Part shown: one piece after another, positions 46,109 to 55,790 of the stretch
How positions within the stretch are numbered: the first letter of the stretch is position 1
Layout: each line of letters starts with the position of its first letter
IMG/VR virus record: IMGVR_UViG_3300025154_000119
Span: 1-56,253 of that record
Length of the DNA stretch: 56,253 nucleotides
Origin: a virus
Lineage: Duplodnaviria; Caudoviricetes
Reading direction: 5' to 3' (one strand)
Position numbers and translations under genes: made by a program
Notes under the pieces: model-generated
Told to the model about the DNA's origin: nothing
The model's input: the letters and a program-made list of their open reading frames with translations, nothing else
The model's database searches: none

Positions 46109-47746
46109 TCACCATACCGTTCCACGGGCAACGGCACCCGGATAAACGCTCAGCCGATAATTCTGGTTCAAATGCGCCTGCAACCGCTCAAGCTCCGGCC
46201 GAGTCATTTGGTCGCGTGATTTCCCGAAGTGCTGTTTCAGCATCCCGTTGACCGTTTGGGGCTTGATCAGACTTTCCCGGGCATACGCCTTGACGTGCAA
46301 ATCTATCGCCCGGCGCAACGCCTCCTCTTTTTCCCGCTCGGTCTGCATCGGGATCACGGTTGCGGTTACCGGCGACGGTCCGGGCCCTAGAAATTTTCCC
46401 CGGCTTCCGGTGAGGCTGGATGCTATCGGGGTAATTCCACCGGGCGCCATCGGGCCTAAATTTGGATCCTCGAATAGCCCGAGCTGTTTTGGTGAGCTCG
46501 GTTCCTTCTCGATGGGCGGCTTTACGAAAGGGGCATGCTCACGCTCGATCTTTTTGACGATCTCCCGGAAAAGCGAATCGTCCGGGCAGAAAATGTGCGC
46601 GATCTGGTTTTCGTATGGGCCGGCGTTGGGATCTACCCGGACGGCCCTGGCCACCATTTGCTCTATCCAGGGGGTTGACCTGATCCGGGTGAGGCAAATG
46701 ATATGCGACACGGCCGGGACATCAAGGCCCTCATAGGCCATGGCCACGGTTACCAAACAATGCAGCCGACCGAACTTGAATTTTTTAATCATCCGCTGGG
46801 CGGCGGCGCTTTCATGGCTGGTGGCTATCTCGCATTCAACTCCGTTTTCGCGCAGGGTTTTGACGGTCTCCCGGGCGTGGCCGATATCGGCGGTAACGAT
46901 CAGGCATTTCGAGTGATAACCGGTCCTGTTTATTCCACTATGCCAGTGGTTGATACCCGATATCAAAAGTTCGTTCGAATAATCGGTTTTCAGAGCGGTA
47001 TAGAGCGCCGCCGAAGCGTCTTTTTTGTTGGTCCTCGACAGGTCGCGGTTGATCCGGTTCCCGCAATCGTCCATCCATTCCACGGCGCCATCGTGCATGT
47101 TGAAATGAATGGGGAGTATCGCGCGCTCTGCCAGGGCATCCGCCCGGGTGTATTCGATGCCGGCGGTATCTTTTCCGGTAGAGAGGTCTGGGGTCATGCC
47201 GGATCGGGTTGGAGTGTAATCGATGAATGCGATTTGTTTTCCGTCTCCTCGTTCGAGGGTGCCTGTCATAAGCACCACGAATGCAGCGCGCTCAACCAGC
47301 GGCGCTATGGCTTTCGTCCATGTGCCATCCACTTCACAATGATGGAACTCATCCAATACCAGGATATACCGGCGGCGCCTGAAATCGTTCAAGACCGTTT
47401 TGCCGGTATCCATACCGATGGCCTGATATGTGGTTACGAATCCGTTTGTGCCACGGCATGGGTTCGAATCGTTCGTGGATGACCTGATCATGAACCGGTG
47501 TCCGAGCATTTCCCGGAATTTTTGGTCAAGAAACCCTAGTTCCCCTTGGTCCTGAAGCGCCTGCCTGGGCACCACCCAACACAGGGCATCTGCGAGGCCG
47601 GCCGGAATCAGTTGGCAGGCAAGGATAGGAATTAAGCTCTTACCACCTCCAGGTGTAACCTTGAGGATAACTCGGCGGATCTTGGCGCCGGATGCCACCC
47701 GGGAAACAATCTCTTTTGTCTCTGATTGGTGTTTACGTAGGATCAT
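46109..47746 (-). CDS. SF2 DExH helicase (Res-like)
   Basis: LRKHQ Q-motif, TPGGGKS, DEFHH, MTGT, EGLDVP, QMVARAVR. Confidence 0.9.
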   Translation of the reverse strand: MILRKHQSETKEIVSRVASGAKIRRVILKVTPGGGKSLIPILACQLIPAGLADALCWVVPRQALQDQGELGFLDQKFREMLGHRFMIRSSTNDSNPCRGTNGFVTTYQAIGMDTGKTVLNDFRRRRYILVLDEFHHCEVDGTWTKAIAPLVERAAFVVLMTGTLERGDGKQIAFIDYTPTRSGMTPDLSTGKDTAGIEYTRADALAERAILPIHFNMHDGAVEWMDDCGNRINRDLSRTNKKDASAALYTALKTDYSNELLISGINHWHSGINRTGYHSKCLIVTADIGHARETVKTLRENGVECEIATSHESAAAQRMIKKFKFGRLHCLVTVAMAYEGLDVPAVSHIICLTRIRSTPWIEQMVARAVRVDPNAGPYENQIAHIFCPDDSLFREIVKKIEREHAPFVKPPIEKEPSSPKQLGLFEDPNLGPMAPGGITPIASSLTGSRGKFLGPGPSPVTATVIPMQTEREKEEALRRAIDLHVKAYARESLIKPQTVNGMLKQHFGKSRDQMTRPELERLQAHLNQNYRLSVYPGAVARGTVW

Positions 47747-47937
47747 TTTCCGAGTGCCTTATTACACAAAGCCAAAATATCACGCGGTGATGCCGCAACG
47801 GTTCCGTGCTCAATTCCGAACGACATCCATGTATGGATAACCCTTAGCGCGCTTTCCATCCGCTCATATCGATATTCCCGGCAATCGCAGGCGTGATGAT
47901 GTGTTACGCACCTATCAGCTTGTTTTTTGGTGGTCAT
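47743..47937 (-). CDS. Small hypothetical protein
   Basis: CVTHHHACDCRE motif; GGGGGAG RBS. Confidence 0.6.
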   Translation of the reverse strand: MTTKKQADRCVTHHHACDCREYRYERMESALRVIHTWMSFGIEHGTVAASPRDILALCNKALGK

Positions 47938-48187
47938 ATTTCTCCCCCAACAGTTCAACCGCCTTCTCGTAAATCTCTTTTATCGTGGTCCACTGGACCG
48001 GAACCGATATGGAATAAGACCCAGACCCTCCGCAATCTTCGCAGGTCTCATCGCAGTCCTCAGGGTCAGCCCCGTCACCGCAACAATTCGCGCAGGTGAC
48101 GATTATCGACTCCTTGAACTCGCCAATAAGCGCCGTTTTTGCCCCGTTCTCAGCCGTCAACCTTTTCGGCATTATTACTTTTTCCAT
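47915..48187 (-). CDS. Small protein with DnaJ-like Zn finger
   Basis: MPKRLTAENGAK...CANCCGDG...CEDCGGSG...VPVQWTTIKEIY. Confidence 0.65.
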   Translation of the reverse strand: MEKVIMPKRLTAENGAKTALIGEFKESIIVTCANCCGDGADPEDCDETCEDCGGSGSYSISVPVQWTTIKEIYEKAVELLGEKYDHQKTS

Positions 48188-48350
48188 AACCCTCCCATCG
48201 TGAGCACTCCTTCTCCGGCCGTCGCCCCAATCCGATAGGTACCGGCAGCCAGCGCTTCCAAGCCCGGCAATAATCACAGCTTGCGCCGTCCGTTGCTGGG
48301 CAGGGGATTTTGATTGTTGAGTGCTTACAGTTCCAGCATTCGCAGGTCAT
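48150..48350 (-). CDS. Small Cys-rich protein
   Basis: CECWNCKH...YCRAW...C. Confidence 0.5.
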   Translation of the reverse strand: MTCECWNCKHSTIKIPCPATDGASCDYCRAWKRWLPVPIGLGRRPEKECSRWEGYGKSNNAEKVDG

Positions 48351-48523
48351 TGCGCGGCCTCAAACAGTTCATAAAACTCTTCGGCTTCACGGCAAAAAAT
48401 AGAATTTTCATTATCGTCAGGGCAGTAAATTGCCACTTCAATATCAGGTGCGCCAGCTTCTTTAAGCGTCCCTGCCGCAAGCCATCTGTATTTTCCGCCT
48501 GTTTTTTTGTGGGTGTAGATCAT
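48347..48523 (-). CDS. DUF1653-like small protein (58 aa)
   Basis: MIYTHKKTGGKYRWL...VAIY...IFCREAEEFYELF; ATGA overlaps on both sides; not in ORF track. Confidence 0.6.
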   Translation of the reverse strand: MIYTHKKTGGKYRWLAAGTLKEAGAPDIEVAIYCPDDNENSIFCREAEEFYELFEAAQ

Positions 48524-48783
48524 TTTTCACCTCGATGCCGTAGCCTTGCACGAATACCGCCTCGCCATTTTTCTGAAATACGCGCATTGATTGATTTTCG
48601 GTATCTTTCTGGATCACCGCAACAGGAAACTAACCAGTCAATGGCGATGCGCTTAGCGGTTTGGTGCGACTTTGCGTTGACTGTCAATCGCGTTATGTCC
48701 CCAATCATGACTTCCCACTGGTTTTCTCCTTGGGGCGGAGGTTCCCATATTCCAGAAATTACTTTTGGCATTTCAATATCCAT
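48520..48783 (-). CDS. Hypothetical protein
   Basis: Fills the gap in the packed leftward operon. Confidence 0.5.
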   Translation of the reverse strand: MDIEMPKVISGIWEPPPQGENQWEVMIGDITRLTVNAKSHQTAKRIAIDWLVSCCGDPERYRKSINARISEKWRGGIRARLRHRGEK

Positions 48784-49036
48784 AAAACAAATGAAACACA
48801 AGAGCACCCCAATGCATCTGGAATGTTCCGATATATGCAGCACTGCTAACAGGAGCATGGTCGTTTGTGTGGAAGAGTTTAAAAAACCGGATCTCTTTTG
48901 GTGCGCTATCTTCAACCAGCGCCCACACACAAGGCTTTAATCCTTGCATATCAACGGTTAAAATTTTTGCATCGACAGGCATTTCAATCTTGATATTGTC
49001 TTGTATTTCAAACTCGTATTTGAATATTCTTCTCAT
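48773..49036 (-). CDS. Conserved small phage protein
   Basis: MRRIFKY...EMPVDAKILTV..Q....VWALV...YIGTFQ....LVFHLF. Confidence 0.7.
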   Translation of the reverse strand: MRRIFKYEFEIQDNIKIEMPVDAKILTVDMQGLKPCVWALVEDSAPKEIRFFKLFHTNDHAPVSSAAYIGTFQMHWGALVFHLFYGY

Positions 49037-49278
49037 TCTCCAACCTCCGAATAATCCCCAACAGCCGGTTGAATTTCATCCCATAACGAAGTGGGCAGCC
49101 ATATATTGTTGTCGTTTACCTCAAACGCATCTTCTCCGGTAAAAACGAGATCGACAACTTGGTCCTCTATTGATTTTAAAAACTGAATTACTTCTTGTGA
49201 ATTTTCACAAATCTCCAACTCGCCAGGAAGTGCCTTTTGATATCTCTCAACGAGGTTATCTCTCATTTTTGCTTTCAT
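49033..49278 (-). CDS. Hypothetical protein between 30-bp direct repeats
   Basis: GGAGG RBS lies inside the repeat. Confidence 0.6.
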   Translation of the reverse strand: MKAKMRDNLVERYQKALPGELEICENSQEVIQFLKSIEDQVVDLVFTGEDAFEVNDNNIWLPTSLWDEIQPAVGDYSEVGE

Positions 49279-49312
49279 CTTTCAACCTCCTAATAATCCC
49301 CAACAGCCGATT
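49041..49312. repeat. 30-bp direct repeats (28/30 identical) containing an RBS
   Basis: CAACCTCC(G/T)AATAATCCCCAACAGCCG(G/A)TT at 49041-49070 and 49283-49312. Confidence 0.8.
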
Positions 49313-49448
49313 AATATCCTTCATCTTAACGCTAGGATAACTGTCTCCATCGCCTTCGACGTTCAAGCTTCAGGGCGGACGAGGCGTTTCCCACACACTC
49401 GGCAGCGTGGATGGTTCGGCCGCTCAAAGCCTGGGAGTTTGGCTTGCT

Positions 49449-50300
49449 TCATTCTGGGTATTCCTCCCATGTGCGGCCGTCGAGCATCCTGCCAGAGGCT
49501 TTCTTTCCCACCCTATACATTGATAAGCCATCGACTATTTCTTGTCTTACGCCACCACTCAATCCACACATTTGATTGTGCCCAAGCCACTCTCCCCATT
49601 GTTTGAAGAAAAACGGGACTTCGGCCGAAACGCACTGATCCCTTAACGACCGAATCCAATCCGGGTGAACCGGCCGGGCCTTTGGCCCTGTTTCCCCCCC
49701 GGCAATAACCCAATCAAGCCGTGTCGGATCGGTCGTGTATGAGAAATCGAGATAGTGTGGTAGCCATGGCGTTAGGTCTATTTGGCTGAGCATGGGCTCA
49801 ACCGAAACAAAACGGACCTTAGCCGGGATCTCCATCAGGAGCGGTATCCGTTTATCGGCTTGCTCCTGATTCTCAGCAGTGACACCAACCCACAAATGGT
49901 CCGGAATCTTCCCCCACGGAAAATGCTCAAAATAATCCAGCATGCGCCCTGGCCGTTTGGTGAGCAGTAAAAAAGTATGCTGCCGAGCGCCCATCATGGC
50001 CCCAAATACACGTGTTAAACCATGGTCTGTAACGCTATCGTGAAAAAGATCTCCCATAAATTGGACCCCGATGCGTGCGGTCTTTTTTCTTTTGAGTGGT
50101 TCGTTGAGCACACTCGACAATAAAACATGTTCTCCGCCTGCATATGCTTCACGCTCCCATTCTCCAATAGTCGGATTTTTCGCCAGCCGGTTAGCCATGG
50201 CCAGATGCCAGCAATTGTCACAGGCTGGGCTGATTTTTGAGCACCGCATAGCAATTGGATTCCAGGTGTGAGTCAAATAATCGATAGTTGTTTTGTTCAT
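49449..50300 (-). CDS. DUF5131 (phage Gp37/Gp68) radical-SAM-like protein
   Basis: TWNP...CSKISPACDNC, MGDLFH, LLTKRP, SVEPML, WVIAGGETG, FFFKQWG. Confidence 0.9.
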   Translation of the reverse strand: MNKTTIDYLTHTWNPIAMRCSKISPACDNCWHLAMANRLAKNPTIGEWEREAYAGGEHVLLSSVLNEPLKRKKTARIGVQFMGDLFHDSVTDHGLTRVFGAMMGARQHTFLLLTKRPGRMLDYFEHFPWGKIPDHLWVGVTAENQEQADKRIPLLMEIPAKVRFVSVEPMLSQIDLTPWLPHYLDFSYTTDPTRLDWVIAGGETGPKARPVHPDWIRSLRDQCVSAEVPFFFKQWGEWLGHNQMCGLSGGVRQEIVDGLSMYRVGKKASGRMLDGRTWEEYPE

Positions 50301-50983
50301 TATGCCTCGCAAACGAATACCGGCTTGCCGGCGATCTCTTGAATCGTCCGTTTGAACATTTCTTCATCTGAATTATCCGCCGACAAGTGGAGAAGATGGA
50401 TACATCTGCACTTGCTCAAATCCTGGGCCTGGAAAAACCTGATGCAGTTTTCGAGGCTCATGTGTGCGGCCATAAGGCGCCGTTTACGGGCCGGATCGAG
50501 GTTAGGTGATAACGTCCGACTGCTGTAATTGCAGCCTATGGCGTAGATACTGACCCCCTTAAAGGCATACCGGGAATAAAAGCTGTCGTTGAGGTAAACG
50601 AGCTTTTCCTCTCCATCCGAAATCAAAAACCCGACATTTGGAACGTCGTGTTCTGCCGGAAACGCCAAGATTTTGAATCCATCAATCTCAAATTGATTTT
50701 TAGGGATTACGATATGAACACGATGGCCTGTGGCTCCGATGACCTCTGCGGTTTCGGACGTCATCCAGCAATCAACCCCGGCCCGGACCAAATCGAGAAT
50801 TCCAGCGCTATGGTCGGCGTGGCTATGGGAGATCAGACACCCGGAAACCTCAGATAGCCGGTATCCGAGCGCCTTCTTGATCGAGCTGCCGCGGAGGCCA
50901 GCCTCGATCAAAAGCGATTTTCCCCTGCTCCTGACCATATAGAGATTCCCGTCACTGCTGCTGCGGTAGGATGTAAATTCCAT
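50300..50983 (-). CDS. Metallo-beta-lactamase-fold nuclease
   Basis: SSSDGN, ISHSHADHS, HD, LLHLS. Confidence 0.9.
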   Translation of the reverse strand: MEFTSYRSSSDGNLYMVRSRGKSLLIEAGLRGSSIKKALGYRLSEVSGCLISHSHADHSAGILDLVRAGVDCWMTSETAEVIGATGHRVHIVIPKNQFEIDGFKILAFPAEHDVPNVGFLISDGEEKLVYLNDSFYSRYAFKGVSIYAIGCNYSSRTLSPNLDPARKRRLMAAHMSLENCIRFFQAQDLSKCRCIHLLHLSADNSDEEMFKRTIQEIAGKPVFVCEA

Positions 50984-50985
50984 AA

Positions 50986-51801
50986 TTAAAACCCCGGCCC
51001 TGCTGTTTCGGCTTGAGCCTCTGCCGCTTCAGCCGCCACGATAGCCGCCTTTTCTGCGTCGGTAAGATCGATCGAGTCGCCGCCGGCTGACTGATCAGGG
51101 GTGGAATCAATATCGATCTCTTCTTTATTCGCAAACGCTCCAACTTCAGCTTGCGGCGACATGCGGGGCTGTTCTTCCGGCCCGGAATCCTCGATTTCGT
51201 CAACAGTTTTCATCCCCATGAGCACCTCTGGGGCATACAGCCGGCCGAATAGGGTAGCGGTCCGATACCGGAGCATCAAATCCGGCATGGTTTTCCACTT
51301 CGAGCCCTTTCTTTCGATCCAGCCCTCGACTTTTGCCATGGCAATTGACACGGCCGGGCTTTCCAGCCGTTCACCGGTCGCCTTCTCGATAGCCCATGCG
51401 ATGCACGATTTATTGTCTCCATCACCTTTTGTCTCGTACCGGATCGGGGTGAATTTTCCAGTGGTATTAACAGCTGCAATAATAAACTGCGCGGACCATC
51501 CGGGCCGTCCATGCACGATGTAAATGCTTTGCATGACCGACAACGGGGACGCTCCCATGCGGTTTGCCATTTCCAGCGCTATGACGGCGTTGGCAATGTT
51601 GCCTTTAAATTGTTCTGGAACCAAGTCCGCTGATGCCAAGCATTTCGCCTCGCGTTGCATCAATTCGAAACCTGCCAGTGTGCTAAACCCGGCCACTACA
51701 GGTTCTCGGCGGGCCGTTTCTTCGACCACTTTATCGAGCACGGATGCCGTGGCTTCCATTGCTGCTTTGGTGCCATTATTTGCTACTTGCTGTTGCGCCA
51801 T
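50986..51801 (-). CDS. RecT/ssDNA-annealing-like recombinase
   Basis: LVPEQFKGNIANAVIA...SPLSVMQSIYIVHGRP...SKWKTMPDLMLRYR; acidic tail. Confidence 0.75.
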   Translation of the reverse strand: MAQQQVANNGTKAAMEATASVLDKVVEETARREPVVAGFSTLAGFELMQREAKCLASADLVPEQFKGNIANAVIALEMANRMGASPLSVMQSIYIVHGRPGWSAQFIIAAVNTTGKFTPIRYETKGDGDNKSCIAWAIEKATGERLESPAVSIAMAKVEGWIERKGSKWKTMPDLMLRYRTATLFGRLYAPEVLMGMKTVDEIEDSGPEEQPRMSPQAEVGAFANKEEIDIDSTPDQSAGGDSIDLTDAEKAAIVAAEAAEAQAETAGPGF

Positions 51802-51810
51802 TGGTTTCTC

Positions 51811-52023
51811 CTATTCTTCATCAATAAATTGTAATTTGGCTATCCTGCACTTTCCATATTTTCCACCAAGCTGGGCAATTCTCTTTTTGATTTGGTCAAG
51901 CGATGCCGATCTGGTGTACTGTTCATGGACAATCGGGCCACCATCATCTACAAACATTTTGCCTTTTCCGATTGAAAGCGGCTGATCATTTTCAGCGACC
52001 ATTACATAAATGTCTTCTGGCAT
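51811..52023 (-). CDS. Small hypothetical protein
   Basis: AGGAG RBS; inserted between ATPase and recombinase. Confidence 0.6.
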   Translation of the reverse strand: MPEDIYVMVAENDQPLSIGKGKMFVDDGGPIVHEQYTRSASLDQIKKRIAQLGGKYGKCRIAKLQFIDEE

Positions 52024-52034
52024 TGCTTTTCTCC

Positions 52035-53993
52035 TTATGCCGCCTTCTGACCGGCAGCGATTGATTCAACTCTGAGTTCTTTGTCTTCAGCAGAAACCAC
52101 GAGCCGGATCATCTGGCCGGCGGTCTGGAGGGTTTCGACAATACTCTCCGCGTTGTCGATGAACAGTGGGAGAGATACCCCGTGGTATTCAGACAGCGCG
52201 TTTATAATATCGATTCCGCAATTGATCCGGCTTGCGTTGTTGAGATCGCCGTAAGGAACGCCTCCGACCGTTGCTGTGCAGCAATCCGCCAAACCTCCAT
52301 TTATTTGCTCGGAAAAAAGCTTCCAGCGGGTAATTTTGAACTTGCTGTTGATATGATCAGTCAACATCCCGCACTTGGCCCGGGTGAACTCCTCCAAGAC
52401 ATGGAGATCTGCTTCAAGCTGCTCAAACTCTTTTGCCAAGGCTTTTTCTTGTGTTGCCAGCTCGGCAATCCGAGCCTTAGATTTTTGGGCCGTCTCGATC
52501 TCTGCCAATTTCCCGTTGATGGTATCAATTGATACCTCGGCCTCTTTGATTTTTGCGTAAACCTCGGCGGCGGCATCATGCCCGCCGATGGCAAGTTCCC
52601 CGAGTTCGGAATCGATTTTGTTGGCCTTTTCGGTGAGGATATCGAGCCCGGCCGGCGCCGGCAATCCGGCCGGTTCTGATAGGGCTTTTTTAGCTTTCTG
52701 ATAGGCCTCTTCGGACAAGGCTACACGGGCGTTTTGATCTTTCAGCGCTTTCAACAGCTCAGTCTCACGGGCTTTTGCCGCCGTCAATTTTTCGGAATGC
52801 TCCTTCCCAGACGACTGGATATTGCTAAGAATATCGGCCTTAACACGGTTAAACTCGGCTTGAGCGGTCGAAACAGTGTCGGCAATCTGGCTTTCCGGTA
52901 TCGCTTGGCCGCAAGTCGGGCAAGTCCCGGCGACCTCCGGCGGAACGAAAACTTTCTGGTTCTCTTCGTGCCATTTCTTTCTGAGCGCTTCAACGGCTGC
53001 GGTAAGCGCATTTATTTCAATCCCAACCGATTTGATGCCTGCGGAAATTTCGCGGGCCTTATTTTGTGCGGTCGTGAGCGCTTCTTCCGCCTCTCGGGAG
53101 GCTTCGCGGCGCTTTGCCATGACGGCCTCGACCTCTTTTTTATGGGCAGCCTCGATCTCCTGGATCTGGTTTTGGAGATCCAGCAATTCCTTTTTCTTGA
53201 TGCCGATAGCGCCGCCGGACTCAATCATTGACAGCTCATTTCGAAGAACCTCCAGGCGGGACTCGATCCCGGATTTTTCCTTGCTCAAGGGGCCGGGATC
53301 GAGTTGTTCGGTTGGTAGGCTTTTTGACAACTCATCGATCCGCACGGGGATAGCCGTCAACTCTTTATTGATTCCGGTTTTCCGGTAGGCTATCTCCTGC
53401 CGGTACTCATCCACTGTTTTTTTATCTCCCAACATCTGCGGGATTCTGGCGAATTCGGCGGACGTGGCAATCACATCGGCATCCGACACATCGCCGCATA
53501 CCTCGATCAAAAGTTTGCGGCGGGCGTCCCATTTCATTTCTTCGTTGACGAAGCGGGGAGAAGTGAGGAGTCGGAAAAGCTCAGGCCGGGCTATCTCGGA
53601 AATCTTTTCCTGGTAGCCTTTTGTCTTTACCGGTACGCCATTGACAAAATAATCGGTAGTATGGCCTGAAAAATCGGATTGCGCAGAACCGCGGCGCTTC
53701 GTCCATTTTTCACTGAAGACCTTGCGGAGCGTTATTTCCCGTCCATCAACATCAAAAACGCCCTCGACCTCGTGGTCGATGTTGGAAACCGGAACTCCGT
53801 CAGACAGGGTTTTTATGCCGAAATTGGCCGAGTTAAGGCTGTCTTTGTCGGTAAGCAACCAGACAAACGAGTCCATGATCGTGGTTTTGCCGGTGCCATT
53901 ATCGCCGTAAATTGTGGCATCCTCGCCCATCGGCGAGAACGTAAATTCTCGGATGCCCTTGAAATTGCGCAAAACAAGCTTTTGCAGTATCAT
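52035..53993 (-). CDS. SMC/Rad50-like AAA ATPase
   Basis: LRNFKG, GDNGTGKTT, long coiled coil with CPTCG Zn hook, LFIDNAE. Confidence 0.92.
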   Translation of the reverse strand: MILQKLVLRNFKGIREFTFSPMGEDATIYGDNGTGKTTIMDSFVWLLTDKDSLNSANFGIKTLSDGVPVSNIDHEVEGVFDVDGREITLRKVFSEKWTKRRGSAQSDFSGHTTDYFVNGVPVKTKGYQEKISEIARPELFRLLTSPRFVNEEMKWDARRKLLIEVCGDVSDADVIATSAEFARIPQMLGDKKTVDEYRQEIAYRKTGINKELTAIPVRIDELSKSLPTEQLDPGPLSKEKSGIESRLEVLRNELSMIESGGAIGIKKKELLDLQNQIQEIEAAHKKEVEAVMAKRREASREAEEALTTAQNKAREISAGIKSVGIEINALTAAVEALRKKWHEENQKVFVPPEVAGTCPTCGQAIPESQIADTVSTAQAEFNRVKADILSNIQSSGKEHSEKLTAAKARETELLKALKDQNARVALSEEAYQKAKKALSEPAGLPAPAGLDILTEKANKIDSELGELAIGGHDAAAEVYAKIKEAEVSIDTINGKLAEIETAQKSKARIAELATQEKALAKEFEQLEADLHVLEEFTRAKCGMLTDHINSKFKITRWKLFSEQINGGLADCCTATVGGVPYGDLNNASRINCGIDIINALSEYHGVSLPLFIDNAESIVETLQTAGQMIRLVVSAEDKELRVESIAAGQKAA

Positions 53994-54014
53994 ACCTCAC
54001 CTCCATCTTTTGGT

Positions 54015-54164
54015 TTAACGGCTCGTTACCGTGTAGTTATAATCCGGTCTCTGCTGCCTGAGATTGCTGGCAATATCGCAGGCGCCCCATACAGCAAGGC
54101 CCATTACTATGGTCAAAAAAACGAGCGATACGATTTCTTTCACTGCCGATTTAATCTCTGCCAT
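54015..54164 (-). CDS. Small single-TM protein (49 aa)
   Basis: AGGAGG RBS; IVSLVFLTIVMGLAVWGA. Confidence 0.55.
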   Translation of the reverse strand: MAEIKSAVKEIVSLVFLTIVMGLAVWGACDIASNLRQQRPDYNYTVTSR

Positions 54165-54340
54165 GGTGCCTCCTGTTTTGGGTTTGCGCGCCCGGCCATG
54201 GGTGCACATAACCGGGCGGGCTGGTCGATGCCTCTTCGCCATCCGCACGAGATATGGAACCGGCCTCCCAGCTGCGGATGGTTACTCTATGCGGCGGCAT
54301 CCGATTGACCGCGTGAAGGAGTGCTGGGGCCGTGGTTGGT

Positions 54341-54556
54341 TTATTTTTTATGCTTATAGAATTGCTCCAAACGTTTTAAGGCGTGGCTGATTCCTGCGCG
54401 TGATATCGATTTGTCAAGTGCATAGCCCATTACAACAACCCTCTGCGCGTCATCGAAGGTCTCTAAGTTCCCGCTGGTTATGGTGTTAAAAATCATATCA
54501 GAGTCTTGCATTTGCTTTTCTACCTCTCTGGCATATTCGTCCATAAATTTTTCCAT
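54341..54556 (-). CDS. Hypothetical protein
   Basis: 71-aa ORF in leftward operon. Confidence 0.5.
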   Translation of the reverse strand: MEKFMDEYAREVEKQMQDSDMIFNTITSGNLETFDDAQRVVVMGYALDKSISRAGISHALKRLEQFYKHKK

Positions 54557-54627
54557 AATCCCGACGCGCCCCGGCGAACCGGGGGCTTATCGGGGATAAG
54601 CGCCGGATCTGTGCTCCGGCTGGTAGG

Positions 54628-55350
54628 TTAGCCTATAACCGTTGACTGAGGTATTTTTTCGGAAAGCCATTTTTTGATGTTGGCTATGGCTGCCAACTTC
54701 CAAGCTCCGCCATCGGCTTCATATAAGGAGCAGTTTATACCCCCTTGATTCCTAAGCCTCAAAATAAACTGCGATGATGGCTGTTCGATTTCGCGGAACG
54801 TCCTGTACGGCCGCAGCGTTAACGGGTTTTCGACCTTTACTTTTGACCGTGTTGTTATTCCGGTTGTAACCTGTATGGTCTGGCTGAATTTATCATCCTT
54901 GTTTTCAACAACCGTTTCGTTGGCAAGCTTCCCGAGCATATCTATCATTCCGCCGATAACTTCGTCATAAACGAACAAGCTTTGCAGCGCGATAATAAAC
55001 CGTTCCAGGTCATGGAATTGATCGAACTTGAACGCCGTCGCATCGAGACCAGCCTCGCAGTACTTGAACCGGATGTTCTCGTTCATCGGGTCGATGTTGC
55101 CGTAAATAAAAACCTTGTCAAAATCGAATACGTGCACAAAAAGCTTGCTGTCCTCTACACGCTCCGGGTCAATCTGACTATTCATGTAATCCGCAAGTCC
55201 TTGGAGCGTTTTAAAACCCAACACGGCGGGCTTAGAGTGTTGAGGCGGGTGGACAATGGATAAGCCGTCTTTGGTATAAATATGATCCCCGATTTTTTCC
55301 TGCCTGATCGCATCAAGTGAAAGAATTTTTTCAACGAATTTTTGAAGCAT
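54628..55350 (-). CDS. Conserved phage protein (DUF2303-like partner)
   Basis: VENPLTLRPYRTFREIEQP; LYEADGGAWK. Confidence 0.75.
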   Translation of the reverse strand: MLQKFVEKILSLDAIRQEKIGDHIYTKDGLSIVHPPQHSKPAVLGFKTLQGLADYMNSQIDPERVEDSKLFVHVFDFDKVFIYGNIDPMNENIRFKYCEAGLDATAFKFDQFHDLERFIIALQSLFVYDEVIGGMIDMLGKLANETVVENKDDKFSQTIQVTTGITTRSKVKVENPLTLRPYRTFREIEQPSSQFILRLRNQGGINCSLYEADGGAWKLAAIANIKKWLSEKIPQSTVIG

Positions 55351-55359
55351 TTTGCCTCC

Positions 55360-55704
55360 TTATTTGGCTACCGAAACGGGTTTGCTGAACGGTAAACTGG
55401 TTTGTTTGTTTGTCGGGCCGCGTTCAATAGCGAACCCGCCACGACCTGCATCAATTTTCAAATCTGCTGTTAGAGTTTGCGGTTCCTGCCCCTGAAGCTT
55501 CGCGTCGCACGTCAACCCAATGGCGATAATAGTTCTGTCGTCGCTCGGCTTGATGGAAACCTTCAGCGTTATAACCCGTTGCTTGAGGTTGGTGTTAATG
55601 TCGTTGATGTTGTCAAGTGCTTCTTTTAAACACCTGTCAAACATTTCAACTGCCGCGCCATCTCTAATATTCGATAGCGACATTTTTTCTTTAACTTCTT
55701 CCAT
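55360..55704 (-). CDS. Conserved phage protein usually paired with the preceding gene
   Basis: GAAVEMFD...DNINDINT...RVITLKVSIKP. Confidence 0.75.
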   Translation of the reverse strand: MEEVKEKMSLSNIRDGAAVEMFDRCLKEALDNINDINTNLKQRVITLKVSIKPSDDRTIIAIGLTCDAKLQGQEPQTLTADLKIDAGRGGFAIERGPTNKQTSLPFSKPVSVAK

Positions 55705-55728
55705 TGATGCCCCCTAATTTTTGAGTTA

Positions 55729-55750
55729 ACCCCCGGCCAATTCCGGGGGT
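55729..55750 (-). terminator. GC hairpin after the repeat gene
   Basis: ACCCCCGG-CCAATT-CCGGGGGT; weak U-tail. Confidence 0.45.
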
Positions 55751-55790
55751 GTTCGCCGCTCTGATGCTTTCGTGAATCGCGGCTAAATTT

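Noticed and set aside
49358-49443. Integron attC-like imperfect hairpin (AAGCTTCAGGGCGGACGA / TCGGCCGCTCAAAGCCT)
   Set aside because: End boxes match RYYYAAC/GTTRRRY poorly, no IntI is present, and a small coupled ORF covers the region.
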